Below are positions 1-9,463 of a stretch of DNA of 64,000 bases, one piece after another. The stretch covers positions 1 to 64,000 of IMG/VR virus record IMGVR_UViG_3300036780_000414; one strand, 5' to 3'. Under the pieces are notes generated by a model. It worked only from the letters and a program-made list of their open reading frames with translations. It had not been told where the DNA came from and made no database searches. The stretch's first letter is position 1. Each line of letters opens with the position of its first letter. The stretch is from a virus. Both the position numbers and the translations under genes were made by a program.

Positions 1-390
1 GCTGACGCCCGTGACCACGGGGTGCCCGTCGCGCCGCTGCTAGCCGACACCGACAAGGTGACCCGTGCGATCCCGGCGGCCGGCCGCGTCCACTCAGGCA
101 AGGCGTGGTTCCCCGCCGTGACCGCAGGCTGCCCGTGCGGTGAGTGCAAAGACGGCAACTGGCTTGACGAGTGGTGCGACGAACTGGCAATCTTCCCGCA
201 AGGCACACACGATGACCAGGTGGACACCCTGGCGTATGCTGCCAGAGTGGCGGTCGCTGAATGGACGCCCGCACCTACGCCCGCTAGGCCAGGGCTCTCT
301 CCGCACGAGAGGGCGATAGCAGCCGCGCACGACAGTGCAACCGGCGACGGCAGGCATGGCGACCTCGACATCATGAACCTGCCGTTCTGA
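1..390 (+). CDS. terL: Terminase large subunit, C-terminal nuclease end (5' truncated)
   Basis: DKVTRA...FPQGTHDDQVDTLAYA motif typical of TerL RNase H-like C-terminus; upstream of portal. Confidence 0.88.
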   Translation, partial: ADARDHGVPVAPLLADTDKVTRAIPAAGRVHSGKAWFPAVTAGCPCGECKDGNWLDEWCDELAIFPQGTHDDQVDTLAYAARVAVAEWTPAPTPARPGLSPHERAIAAAHDSATGDGRHGDLDIMNLPF

Positions 391-407
391 GGTGACAGGC
401 GGGCGAA

Positions 408-857
408 GTGGGCGAGATGCGCCAGGTGGCACCGTACCCTGATACGCTCGCGTACCTGGTGGCCCGGCTGGAGTACCGGCCCGGCTGGGAATTCACCCTC
501 GAAGACGACGACCGTGGCCAGGGCTCAGCTGGCCTCACGCTGACCATCACGACGTGCGGCTACAACAGCTACCACCCTGAGCGCGGCGAAACGTACCGGG
601 TCAACCACCTCATGCCGGTCCCCCCGGCCGCGTTCGACATCCGCTCATGGCAACACTGGCTGTTCGAGCAGCTGCTACTCGTCGAACGGCACGAGTGCAT
701 GGAGTTCTTCACCATGCACGACTCCCCCGGCAGCGAGCACACGGTGCGGCCCTACGCTCCGCAGCACGGACCTGGGAACGACCCGTACCGGGTGTGCGAG
801 TACGCCACCGACACCGACCGGCGTACATCGTTCCGCGGCAACCTGAACCCGGCGTAG
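408..857 (+). CDS. Hypothetical protein
   Basis: 149 aa ORF filling the terL-portal gap, coding-like composition. Confidence 0.7.
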   Translation: MGEMRQVAPYPDTLAYLVARLEYRPGWEFTLEDDDRGQGSAGLTLTITTCGYNSYHPERGETYRVNHLMPVPPAAFDIRSWQHWLFEQLLLVERHECMEFFTMHDSPGSEHTVRPYAPQHGPGNDPYRVCEYATDTDRRTSFRGNLNPA

Positions 858-861
858 CCCG

Positions 862-3120
862 ATGCCAGCCGCCGCGCGCACCCGCCCAGGGCTGCCCACC
901 GCCGACATCGGCGTCCCCGACCTGTATTACGAGTACCAGGGGTTCACCGACTGGTGGGAGAACACCGCTGACCTGATCTGGCCAGCGTCGATGATCACGT
1001 ACGGGCGGATGCGGCATGACCCGCAGCTGAAGGCCGTCCTGATGGCGTACATGCTGCCGATCATGCGGGCCACGTGGGTGATCGACCCGGACGGCGCACG
1101 CGACGAGGTGGTGCAGGCGGTCGCGGATGACCTCGGCGTGAACATCCTCGGTGCCGATGAGCGGCCCGGCACGGCGCGGCGGCGTGGTGTCATCTGGCTG
1201 AGGCACCTGCGGCAGGCGCTTTACAACAAGCTCACCTACGGTTACATGCCGTTCGAGCGCCGTTACCGCATCGACGACACGGGGATGGCCCGCCTCGACA
1301 ACCTGGGGCCGCGGATGCCGTGGACGATCGCGATGATCGACGTGAACCGTGACGGCACCCTCAACCAGGTGTGGCAGAACACCCAGCGGGACCCGCTGCC
1401 CGCGAACCGTCTCGTCTGGTACACCAACGACCTCCAGGGCGGCGACTGGACCGGGGTGAGCGACCTGCGGGCGTGCTTCGGCGCATGGCTGCTGAAACAC
1501 GAAACCTGGCGGGTCCACGCCACGAGCATCCGCCGGTTCGGGATGGGCATCCCCAGCGTCGAGGCCCCGCCGGGGGCAACCCAGACGCAGGTCATGCAAG
1601 CGCAGCAGCTCGCCACGCAGATGCGCGCCGGCGACCACGCGGGCATCGGCCTGCCGCAGGGCTTCAAGCCGGGCCTCATGGGCATGACCGGATCGGTGCC
1701 GGACGCGCTCGGCTTCATCGAGTACCTGGACCGTGTCATGGCCAAGCAGGCACTCGCCGCGCTGATCGAACTCGGGCAGACCGAAACCGGCAGCCGCGCC
1801 CTCGGTGACACGTTCATGGACCTGTTCCTGATGTCACTTCAGGCTGTTGCCGACGACACCGCGCTGATCGCCACATCCGGCGTGCCGGGGTGCCCAGGCA
1901 TCATCACCGACCTGGTAGACCAGAACTGGGGTGAGGACGAGCCCGCCCCACGGCTGGTCTGCACTGACGTAGGCACCCAGTACGAGGCGACCGCAGCGGC
2001 AGTCCAGCAGCTCACCGCGACCGGCGCACTCCAGCCGGACGCCAGCCTGGACGAGTGGATCCGCAAGCAGTGGCACCTCCCCGTGCGTACCGCCCCGTGG
2101 ATACAGCCGCAACCTAAGAGCGCACCGCAGCCCGCCCATCCGCCGGGCGGCGGCGGTGCCAGTCCGGGCGGCGCTTCGCCGGGCTCGCCCCCGGCCAGCC
2201 CGCCCGGACAGGGCGGAACCCCGGATTCCCCCGGTCCGGGTAGCCCGTCCGCCGCTGGTACCCCCTCAGCGGCGGCCAGCCGCAGCACGGGCGCAGCCCC
2301 CCAACTGCCGCCCGTGCTGCGGCGCCAGCCGTCCGCCGTCGAAGCACGCTCCGGGTTCAACCCGGAAGACCACCAGCGGGCATGGGAAACGGCGCTGGGC
2401 ACCCTGATGTCAGCGTGGCAGCAAGTCACCGCGACCCTCAAAACGGACATCGTCGACCAGGTAGCAGCAGCGCTGGCAGGCGGCAACGTGGCGCAGCTCG
2501 CAGCTATCACGGTGGACGCCGCACCGGGTGCGGCGGTACTCGTCCAGTCGATGACAAGCGCCTGGCACGCTGCTGCGCAGGCGATGACCGCTGAGGCAGC
2601 CAGCCAGGGTGTCACGATCGACCCGGCCAAGGTGAAAATGCCGCCGCTCAGCCAGATCGCGTCCGGCCGGGCGAGCCTCGCCGCCTCCTACCTCGCGCAG
2701 CAGGCCGGGTCACGGGCCATGCGGAGCGTGCAGCCGGCGGTACCCGCCGCGAAGCAAGCCGAGGCTGCCGCCCTGGACGTGGCTGGGTTCCTCGACGACC
2801 TGTCCACCCGTAACCTCCGTGACCAGCTCGGCGGGGCACTGACCGCAGCGCAGAACGCCGGCCGTGTCGCGGTACTCGAAGCAGCGCCCGCCTCAGCCGG
2901 GCAGGCCGTCTACACGGCCAGTGAGATCCTCGACGGCAACGTCTGCGACCGTTGCCGCACGGAGGACGGCCACGAGTTCGGGTCGCTCGCTGAGGCGAAC
3001 GCCGCCTACCCGACCGGCGGCTACATCAACTGCCAGGGCGAGCTGCGATGCCGGGGGACCGTCGTCGCCGTCTGGGGCGGAACGCAGGCGGGCAGCCGCC
3101 CAAAAGCGGGGGCGTCATGA
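862..3120 (+). CDS. Portal protein (Mu gp29/DUF935-like) fused to MuF-like head morphogenesis domain
   Basis: Portal motifs (MRHDPQL, RRFGMGIP, GSRALG); Pro/Gly/Ser linker; C-terminal SEILDGNVCDRC...CQGELRCRG Cys pattern of MuF. Confidence 0.85.
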   Translation: MPAAARTRPGLPTADIGVPDLYYEYQGFTDWWENTADLIWPASMITYGRMRHDPQLKAVLMAYMLPIMRATWVIDPDGARDEVVQAVADDLGVNILGADERPGTARRRGVIWLRHLRQALYNKLTYGYMPFERRYRIDDTGMARLDNLGPRMPWTIAMIDVNRDGTLNQVWQNTQRDPLPANRLVWYTNDLQGGDWTGVSDLRACFGAWLLKHETWRVHATSIRRFGMGIPSVEAPPGATQTQVMQAQQLATQMRAGDHAGIGLPQGFKPGLMGMTGSVPDALGFIEYLDRVMAKQALAALIELGQTETGSRALGDTFMDLFLMSLQAVADDTALIATSGVPGCPGIITDLVDQNWGEDEPAPRLVCTDVGTQYEATAAAVQQLTATGALQPDASLDEWIRKQWHLPVRTAPWIQPQPKSAPQPAHPPGGGGASPGGASPGSPPASPPGQGGTPDSPGPGSPSAAGTPSAAASRSTGAAPQLPPVLRRQPSAVEARSGFNPEDHQRAWETALGTLMSAWQQVTATLKTDIVDQVAAALAGGNVAQLAAITVDAAPGAAVLVQSMTSAWHAAAQAMTAEAASQGVTIDPAKVKMPPLSQIASGRASLAASYLAQQAGSRAMRSVQPAVPAAKQAEAAALDVAGFLDDLSTRNLRDQLGGALTAAQNAGRVAVLEAAPASAGQAVYTASEILDGNVCDRCRTEDGHEFGSLAEANAAYPTGGYINCQGELRCRGTVVAVWGGTQAGSRPKAGAS

Positions 3121-4463
3121 CGACGCCAACCAGCCAGCGGCCCGCCCGCGCCAAGTACAACCCTGAGCAGCCCCGTGACAAGGACGGCAAATGGGGGACC
3201 GGCGGCGGTGAAGCCGGCAAGATCGAGGACGCGGTGAAGCAGTGGACTGCGGACGGGAACACCGCGAACTACACGGGCAGCATGGGCATCAACCGGGCCG
3301 ACATGCCGCAGCTGTCCGGCACCGTCAACGGCACCTACCGGCCGTCAGCGGAGGTAACCCCGAAGTTCATCGCTCACCTCCGCGCCAAGGGCGCAACGGT
3401 AACCGCCAAGCGGGTACCCGCTGAGCAGCTGAAGCCGACGCAGGCAACCGGTGACCTCAAGGCGATCCGCGGCATCGCCGATGACCTGAAGTCAGGCAAG
3501 CTCAAGGACACCAAGACGATCATGGTGTCCAGCGACAACCACGTCCTAGACGGGCACCACAACTGGGCCGGGCGTGTCCTCGCAGACAGTGAGGGCGGCC
3601 GCAAAGACCTGCCCGCAGGGATGCCCGTGCAGCAGGTCGACATGCCGATGAGCAAGCTCCTCGGTGAGGCGTCCGCGTTCAGCAAGGACGAGGGCCTGCC
3701 GTCCCGCAAGCCCGGCGAGTTCGCGGCCCCGAAAGCGAAGCTCGGTGACCCGCAGCCGAACGACAGCATGGACCAGTACCGCAACGCGGACGGTGACTGG
3801 AAACCTGAGCGGGCCGAGCTCCACCAGAAGATCATCAAGAGTCTCGCCGGGGACGCTGAGCCGCAGGACAAGCCGATCGCGACGTTCTTCGGCGGCGGCC
3901 CCGCATCCGGGAAGTCAGCGCTGGCCGGCCCCGGCAACGCGGTGAAGATCGACCCGGATGAAATCAAGGCGCAACTGCCGGAGTACCAGCAGATGACTAC
4001 GGCCGGCGACCCGCAGGCCGCCGCGTACACCCATGAGGAGTCCAGCTTCATCAGCGCGTCTGCTGTCGCGCAGGCGCGGGCGAAGAAACTGAACTACACC
4101 CTTGACGGGACCGGGGACTCCTCCTACGCGAAGATGAAATCCAAGGTTGACGCGGCCCGCGCCGCAGGGCACGAGGTCCACGGCAAGTACGTCACCGCTG
4201 ACACCGACGAAGCCGTCAACCGGGCCATGAAACGCGCTGAGCACACCGGCCGGATGGTCCCCGAAGCGGTCATCCGGTCCACCCACGCGTCGGTGTCGCA
4301 GGTGTTCGGGCAGGCGGTCAAAGACGGGCTGTTCGACACCGTGGAACTGTGGGATAACAACGGCGCAGGCGCAGCACGGCTGATCGTCAGCGGCCACGGC
4401 AAGAACGTCACCGTCCATGACGCTAAGGCGTACCAGTCGTTCCTCGACAAGGCCAAGTCATGA
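3117..4463 (+). CDS. ParB/Srx-like domain + zeta-toxin-like P-loop kinase
   Basis: ATGA overlap with portal stop; VSSDNHVLDGHHNWA (ParB-like); GGGPASGKS Walker A, IDPDEIK, HEESS, LDGTG typical of zeta toxin family. Confidence 0.8.
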   Translation: MTTPTSQRPARAKYNPEQPRDKDGKWGTGGGEAGKIEDAVKQWTADGNTANYTGSMGINRADMPQLSGTVNGTYRPSAEVTPKFIAHLRAKGATVTAKRVPAEQLKPTQATGDLKAIRGIADDLKSGKLKDTKTIMVSSDNHVLDGHHNWAGRVLADSEGGRKDLPAGMPVQQVDMPMSKLLGEASAFSKDEGLPSRKPGEFAAPKAKLGDPQPNDSMDQYRNADGDWKPERAELHQKIIKSLAGDAEPQDKPIATFFGGGPASGKSALAGPGNAVKIDPDEIKAQLPEYQQMTTAGDPQAAAYTHEESSFISASAVAQARAKKLNYTLDGTGDSSYAKMKSKVDAARAAGHEVHGKYVTADTDEAVNRAMKRAEHTGRMVPEAVIRSTHASVSQVFGQAVKDGLFDTVELWDNNGAGAARLIVSGHGKNVTVHDAKAYQSFLDKAKS

Positions 4464-4672
4464 CCGCCCCCGACGGCGACACTGCGGTGCTGCTGCTGAA
4501 CGCGGTCCTCAACGGCCAGGACTACCCGCCTGACGGCGTACCCGACACCCCTGCGAACAAGGCCCTGTACGCGCAGATCGCCGCAGACGTGGACGCCATG
4601 CCGGGCGGGGTGCTGCCGGACGTGCCGTCCGACTGGTCGCAGATGCCCGACACGGGAGGCGACGGCCAGTGA
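4460..4672 (+). CDS. Small acidic protein, possible antitoxin/immunity protein
   Basis: 70 aa Asp-rich ORF translationally coupled (ATGA, GTGA overlaps) to both neighbours. Confidence 0.6.
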   Translation: MTAPDGDTAVLLLNAVLNGQDYPPDGVPDTPANKALYAQIAADVDAMPGGVLPDVPSDWSQMPDTGGDGQ

Positions 4673-6738
4673 CCACCGCCGCCAAGCCCGGCAACAAGGG
4701 CAACGAGGAAACCCTGATCCGCTACTGGACCGAGGGTGAGGGCGCCGCGAAGATTCGCTGGGGTGAGCCGGGCGACTTCGACCGCTGCGTCACCGAAGTC
4801 ACCAAAGACGCACACGGGAAAGTCCCCGAGGTCAAGGGGTACTGCGCGAACCTCCACCACCGGGCGCTGGGCGTGTGGCCAGGGCAGGAAGACGAAGGCG
4901 GCAGCCACGGGCACAAGGCGTCCGCAGCCGCATCAACAGGCAGCATGACGCTCCCCCCGCTGGTGACCATGCCGAACGTGGAGATCGTCGCCGCCGGCAC
5001 GTGGGCGCTGTCATCCGGTGAGGCCACGTTCACCCGCGACGACCTCACAGCAGCGGTAGAAGCGGCGCAGTGCCCGGCGGTCGGCTCCCCCGTCATCAAG
5101 ATCGGCCACGTTGACCCCCGGTTCGACGGGGAGCCCGCCGTGGGGCACGTCACCAACCTTGCCCTGTCCAGCCAGGGCAACAAGCTCAGCGGCGACCTCG
5201 CGGGGATGCCCGGCTGGCTCGGCGCGATATGCAGCAGCGCGTTCCCGTCCCGCTCGATCGAAGGCTGCTATGACTTCCGCTGCCAGGTCGGCCACGTGCA
5301 CCCGTTCGTCATCACCGCGCTCGCGCTGCTCGGCGTGACCCCGCCCGGCGTCGGCGTGCTCGGCACGCTGAACGACGTGGCGGCCCTTTACGGTGTCACG
5401 GCAGCCGCCGGCACCGGAGATACCTGGACCCTGAAGGGAGCAGCGATGGCCAGTCCGGTGCAGGCCAGCGTCACCATCGAGGACGTGCGGCGGGCCTACT
5501 ACGCGCAGGCGGGCACGAGCCTCACCAACTGGATCACGGAGATGCAGCTTGACCCGCCGCAGCTGATCGTCTGCGACGACGCCACTGACAGCGTGTACCG
5601 CGTGCCGGTGACGATCGCCAAGGACGGCTCAGTCGGGTTCGGTGACCCCGTGCAAGTCAAAGTCGAGTACCAGGATGTTGCCGCGTCCCGCAAGACCGGG
5701 CAGGCGGTCGTGTTCGCCAGCCTGGAAGAGTCCCGCGCCGGCGTCACCGCCGCCAGCGGGTGGGACGCGCAGCAGCAGGTCGGCAACCTGGGCGACGACC
5801 CGAGCGCCGCGCAGCTCAAGGGCATGTTCGCGATCCCCGGTGACACCAAGAGCGATTCGAAGCTGCCGCACCATGACGCGAGCGACGGCAAGGTCGGCGC
5901 GGCTAACCCCGCCGGCTGCTCAGCTGCGATCGGCGCGATCAACGGGGCGCACGGCGGCATGACAGGCGTGTCCGCGGCCGACCAGAAAGCCGCCTACGCG
6001 CACCTGGCCAAGCACCTGACTGACGCCGGGCAGGAAGCACCTGAGTACAGCGGGCCGTCAGCGTCGGCCGGCCCGCAGGTGGACGCCGCCGGCAACCACG
6101 GCGCGTACGACGGCTCGCACGCGCACCCGCACCCGGCGTTCGGCTCGCAAGGCGGCGACGCCACCCACACTCACGAGCACACGCACGCGGGTGACGCCGG
6201 ACATGACCATCACATGGCACAAGACCCGGCAGCAGCGGGCACCGACAAGAAAGGAACCTCGAAGGTGGACCTCACCAGCGAGCACATCACCAGCCTGCGC
6301 GCAAGCCTCGGGCTGGGCGACAACGACGAGCTGACCCCCGACCTCCTGGTGAGCGCGGCGGGCAAGCTCAAGGACCGGGCGGACGCCAAGGTGACCGCCA
6401 ACGCGCGCAGCCTCCCGCCAGGTGTCATCGCCGTGGAAAGGGAAGCGTGGGACGGCCTCAACAAGCGCGTCGAAGACGGCGAAGCGTACCGCCAGCGGCA
6501 AGCGGTCAAGGAACGCGACACGATCATCGCGTCCGCGATCCGCGAAGGCAAGTTCACCGTCGCACGAGCCGACCACTGGAAGCGGCTGTGGGACGCCGAC
6601 CCGGACGGCACCCGGCAGGTACTCGCGGGGCTTCAGAAGAACGTGGTGCCGGTCGGGGACATCGGCGCTGTCGGCGGCAGCAACCCGGACGACCCGGACG
6701 ACGAGTACAAGGCCCTGTTCGGCACCCCGGCTATTTAG
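4669..6738 (+). CDS. Capsid maturation protease (Mu gpI-like) with C-terminal scaffolding region
   Basis: PVIKIGH...EPAVG...FPSRSIE...ITALALLG.TPP motifs; coiled-coil-like C-terminus; precedes capsid genes. Confidence 0.82.
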   Translation: MTTAAKPGNKGNEETLIRYWTEGEGAAKIRWGEPGDFDRCVTEVTKDAHGKVPEVKGYCANLHHRALGVWPGQEDEGGSHGHKASAAASTGSMTLPPLVTMPNVEIVAAGTWALSSGEATFTRDDLTAAVEAAQCPAVGSPVIKIGHVDPRFDGEPAVGHVTNLALSSQGNKLSGDLAGMPGWLGAICSSAFPSRSIEGCYDFRCQVGHVHPFVITALALLGVTPPGVGVLGTLNDVAALYGVTAAAGTGDTWTLKGAAMASPVQASVTIEDVRRAYYAQAGTSLTNWITEMQLDPPQLIVCDDATDSVYRVPVTIAKDGSVGFGDPVQVKVEYQDVAASRKTGQAVVFASLEESRAGVTAASGWDAQQQVGNLGDDPSAAQLKGMFAIPGDTKSDSKLPHHDASDGKVGAANPAGCSAAIGAINGAHGGMTGVSAADQKAAYAHLAKHLTDAGQEAPEYSGPSASAGPQVDAAGNHGAYDGSHAHPHPAFGSQGGDATHTHEHTHAGDAGHDHHMAQDPAAAGTDKKGTSKVDLTSEHITSLRASLGLGDNDELTPDLLVSAAGKLKDRADAKVTANARSLPPGVIAVEREAWDGLNKRVEDGEAYRQRQAVKERDTIIASAIREGKFTVARADHWKRLWDADPDGTRQVLAGLQKNVVPVGDIGAVGGSNPDDPDDEYKALFGTPAI

Positions 6739-6779
6739 CAGACCAGCCCCCGCACGGAGGGCCAGACAGGAGGAAAACG

Positions 6780-7139
6780 ATGGCCGATTACACACCAGTC
6801 AACGAGGACGAGCGGTACACCCTCACAGCGTCCGCAGCTGTGACGCACGGGCAGCTCGTGGCTATCTCCGGCGTCAACACCTGCGCGCCGGCAGGCTCGG
6901 GTGACTGGCCGCTCGGCGTAGCCGCCTACGACGCTGCCGTCGGGGCACGCGTCACCATCATCGACGAGGACCTGATCCACGAGACGATGACCACCGCCGG
7001 GGTTACCGCCGGGGACCTGCTCAAGGCGGGGGCCGGCGGCACCGTCGAAACAGACGGCTCCCCCGCCGCCGGGGTCACGTTCGCTGTGGCGTTCACCACC
7101 GCAGCGGCCAACTCGCTGGCCCGCTGGAAGGGCCTGTAG
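6780..7139 (+). CDS. Capsid decoration/cement protein (DUF2190-like)
   Basis: AGGAGG SD then ATG at 6780; Ala/Gly-rich 119 aa with LGVAAYDAA.G; immediately before capsid. Confidence 0.7.
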   Translation: MADYTPVNEDERYTLTASAAVTHGQLVAISGVNTCAPAGSGDWPLGVAAYDAAVGARVTIIDEDLIHETMTTAGVTAGDLLKAGAGGTVETDGSPAAGVTFAVAFTTAAANSLARWKGL

Positions 7140-7201
7140 GCCGCACCTGTTCCGACCCCTGGCGCCCGAGGGGCTTCGTCTTAGGAAGGGACGAAAGCGA
7201 C

Positions 7202-8125
7202 ATGCCGAATGTCTACCCCCCGGCACCACCGACACTGTCCGGCGACGTTCTCTCTATCAGCCGGTTCCTGAACTCGCCTACGGCGATCAGGCGGCGGCTG
7301 CGCGACTACCGGGACCTGCGGTTCGTATCCGACCAGATCCTCACCCAGCGGTTCAACAGCTCCGGTGGCGCGGTGCTGTACGAGATGAGTGAGCCGTTCC
7401 TCACTGACCGGCCCGTTGAGTCGGTCTCCCCCGGTTCCACCTACCCCAGGGCGAACCTGCCCACCGGCACGGCGGCGGTCGCGTCGGTGCAGAAGTGGGG
7501 TCAGGTCGTGGAGCTGACCGATGAGGACATCGACCGCAACACCTACGGCGGCCAGCTAGTCGACCGGAACCTGAAGAAGGTCGTTAACTCGGTTATCGCG
7601 CAGGTCGACGGCATCACCATGTCGGCTATCGCGTCGGCGGTCACCCAGACGCAGGCGGCGTCCAGCGGGCACTGGAATGTCCTCGGCACGGCGGCGATCC
7701 TGCGTGACATCCTGCTCGCCAAGAAAGTAATCACGGACCTGAAGCTCGGCTACAACCCCGACACGCTGCTGCTCGACGACCTCATGTGGGCGTACCTCAT
7801 GAGTGACGACAAGATCACGAACGCGCTGCGCCGGGAGAACACGGACAACCCCATCTACACCGGGACGATCGACGTGCTGGCGGGGCTGACGCTGATCAAC
7901 TCCCCGAACGCCCCCGCCGACCCCATGGTGCTCGACTCCACGCAGCTCGGCGGCATGGCGGACGAGGTCGGCTCAGCTCCCGGCTACGCCGTGTCTGACC
8001 TCGCCGTGCAGATCAAGAGCATCCGCGTGGACGAGGCCGACAAGTGGGACCTCCAGGGCCGCCGTCTCACCGTCCCCGTGGTGCAGGAGCCCGGCTCCGG
8101 GTGCACCATCACCGGCACGCACTAG
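7202..8125 (+). CDS. Major capsid protein
   Basis: 307 aa, position after protease and cement, KWG..VELTDE and LGYNPDTLLL motifs. Confidence 0.85.
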   Translation: MPNVYPPAPPTLSGDVLSISRFLNSPTAIRRRLRDYRDLRFVSDQILTQRFNSSGGAVLYEMSEPFLTDRPVESVSPGSTYPRANLPTGTAAVASVQKWGQVVELTDEDIDRNTYGGQLVDRNLKKVVNSVIAQVDGITMSAIASAVTQTQAASSGHWNVLGTAAILRDILLAKKVITDLKLGYNPDTLLLDDLMWAYLMSDDKITNALRRENTDNPIYTGTIDVLAGLTLINSPNAPADPMVLDSTQLGGMADEVGSAPGYAVSDLAVQIKSIRVDEADKWDLQGRRLTVPVVQEPGSGCTITGTH

Positions 8126-8138
8126 GAAGGGGACGGTC

Positions 8139-8555
8139 ATGCCGAAGAAGTACGTGGTCACCGGCCAGTACGTGACGTTCAAGACGAACACCACCAGCGG
8201 CCCCGCCGTGCTCGGCTTCTACCGGGGCGCACCCGTGCCGGACGACGCTGAGGAAGCCGCGATCAAGCATCACCTCATGATGGGCCTGATCGAGGAGGTA
8301 CCGGAAAAGGCCATGCCTGCCGCCGCCCCGCTTCCCGGTGACAAGCCGGGCAGCACCGGCCAGGGGGAAACGACGCTCACCGGCAAGGACGCCGAGAAGG
8401 CAGCCAAGGCCGCCGGGGACAACGGCCCGAAGGGGGCAGGCGGCGCTGCTGCCAGCCCGGCCGCGCCCGCGTCCACCACATCACCCGCAACGGCCCCGGC
8501 CAGCCAGGGCGGCAAGCCCGCCACGGGCGGCCCCGCCAAGGGGAAGGCAGGGTAG
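8139..8555 (+). CDS. Hypothetical virion-module protein
   Basis: SD AGGAAGGG; low-complexity Ala/Pro/Gly C-terminus; follows capsid. Confidence 0.65.
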   Translation: MPKKYVVTGQYVTFKTNTTSGPAVLGFYRGAPVPDDAEEAAIKHHLMMGLIEEVPEKAMPAAAPLPGDKPGSTGQGETTLTGKDAEKAAKAAGDNGPKGAGGAAASPAAPASTTSPATAPASQGGKPATGGPAKGKAG

Positions 8556-8558
8556 CCG

Positions 8559-9050
8559 GTGCCGGGTGACTCCTGGGCTCCCACGCTCGGCGACGTAGCC
8601 CGGCACATCCCCCGGCGGACGCGGGACGTGAAGACGCCCGGCAGCGACAAGCTGCTGAACACCTTCACGGCCAGCACCACACCGACAGCTGAGCAGGCGC
8701 AGGCGGTCATCGACCAGGTGGTCGCCACGCTCACGGCGGACGCAGGCACGATCCCCGGCAACGCGGACGTGCAGGTGGCTGCCCGTGCGGCGGCGGAGTG
8801 GCGGGCGGCGGCGGACATCGAGGTCGCCTACCCGAACCGGAACGCGGACGTGCAGGTGTACGCGCAGCTGGACGCGCGGGCCAACGCCGCCTACGCCGTC
8901 CTGCTGCGCGTGCTGGCGGAAGCCGGCGCCGGGCAGGTGGACGTGGTGCCGGCGTGGAACATGCCGCCGTCACCACCGTGGGGTGACCTGTCACCCGGAT
9001 CAGGGGCTGACCCGCTCGAATGGCGGCTCTGGAGGAGGGAGAACTTCTGA
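8559..9050 (+). CDS. Head-to-tail adaptor (probable)
   Basis: Synteny; W.PT..DVA..I..RT N-terminus typical of actinophage adaptors. Confidence 0.65.
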   Translation: MPGDSWAPTLGDVARHIPRRTRDVKTPGSDKLLNTFTASTTPTAEQAQAVIDQVVATLTADAGTIPGNADVQVAARAAAEWRAAADIEVAYPNRNADVQVYAQLDARANAAYAVLLRVLAEAGAGQVDVVPAWNMPPSPPWGDLSPGSGADPLEWRLWRRENF

Positions 9051-9463
9051 TGGCCAACGCAGACGTGACCGTGGTGTGGGACAGCGCCGTGGTGCGGTCA
9101 CTAAGCCAGGACGCGGACGTGCGCGCGCTGATGGACCGGCTGGCGGCGTTCGCGGTGCAGGCGATGAAAAGGCACACGCCGGTTTCGCCGGTCGGGCCGC
9201 TGCACCGTTCCGGCAACTTGCGCAGCAGCGTGCACTCGGAACGGCAGCCGGACGGGACTGTGCTGGTGGGGCCGTCCGCGGATTACGGCAAGTACGTCAA
9301 CGACGGCACTCCCCCGCACCTGATCGAGTCGCACGGTGACTACCCGCTGCGGAACCGGGAGACCGGCCAGGTGTTCGGCCGCGTCGTCCACCACCCCGGC
9401 ACCAGGGCGCAGCCGTTCATCCAGCAGACCGCCGGCGACATCAACGGGATCACGATCTCATGA
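9050..9463 (+). CDS. HK97 gp10-like neck/tail completion protein
   Basis: SGNLRSS, YGKYVNDGT.PH.I, VHHPGTRAQPF motifs. Confidence 0.8.
   Translation: MANADVTVVWDSAVVRSLSQDADVRALMDRLAAFAVQAMKRHTPVSPVGPLHRSGNLRSSVHSERQPDGTVLVGPSADYGKYVNDGTPPHLIESHGDYPLRNRETGQVFGRVVHHPGTRAQPFIQQTAGDINGITIS

Noticed and set aside
3048-3116. ORF-track start at 3048 for the zeta-like gene
   Set aside because: ATG at 3117 overlapping the portal stop (ATGA) is the more plausible start
7174-7198. Hairpin TTCGTC/GACGAA around the capsid SD as a riboswitch
   Set aside because: Short 6-bp stem with no aptamer features; may be chance or simple translational tuning
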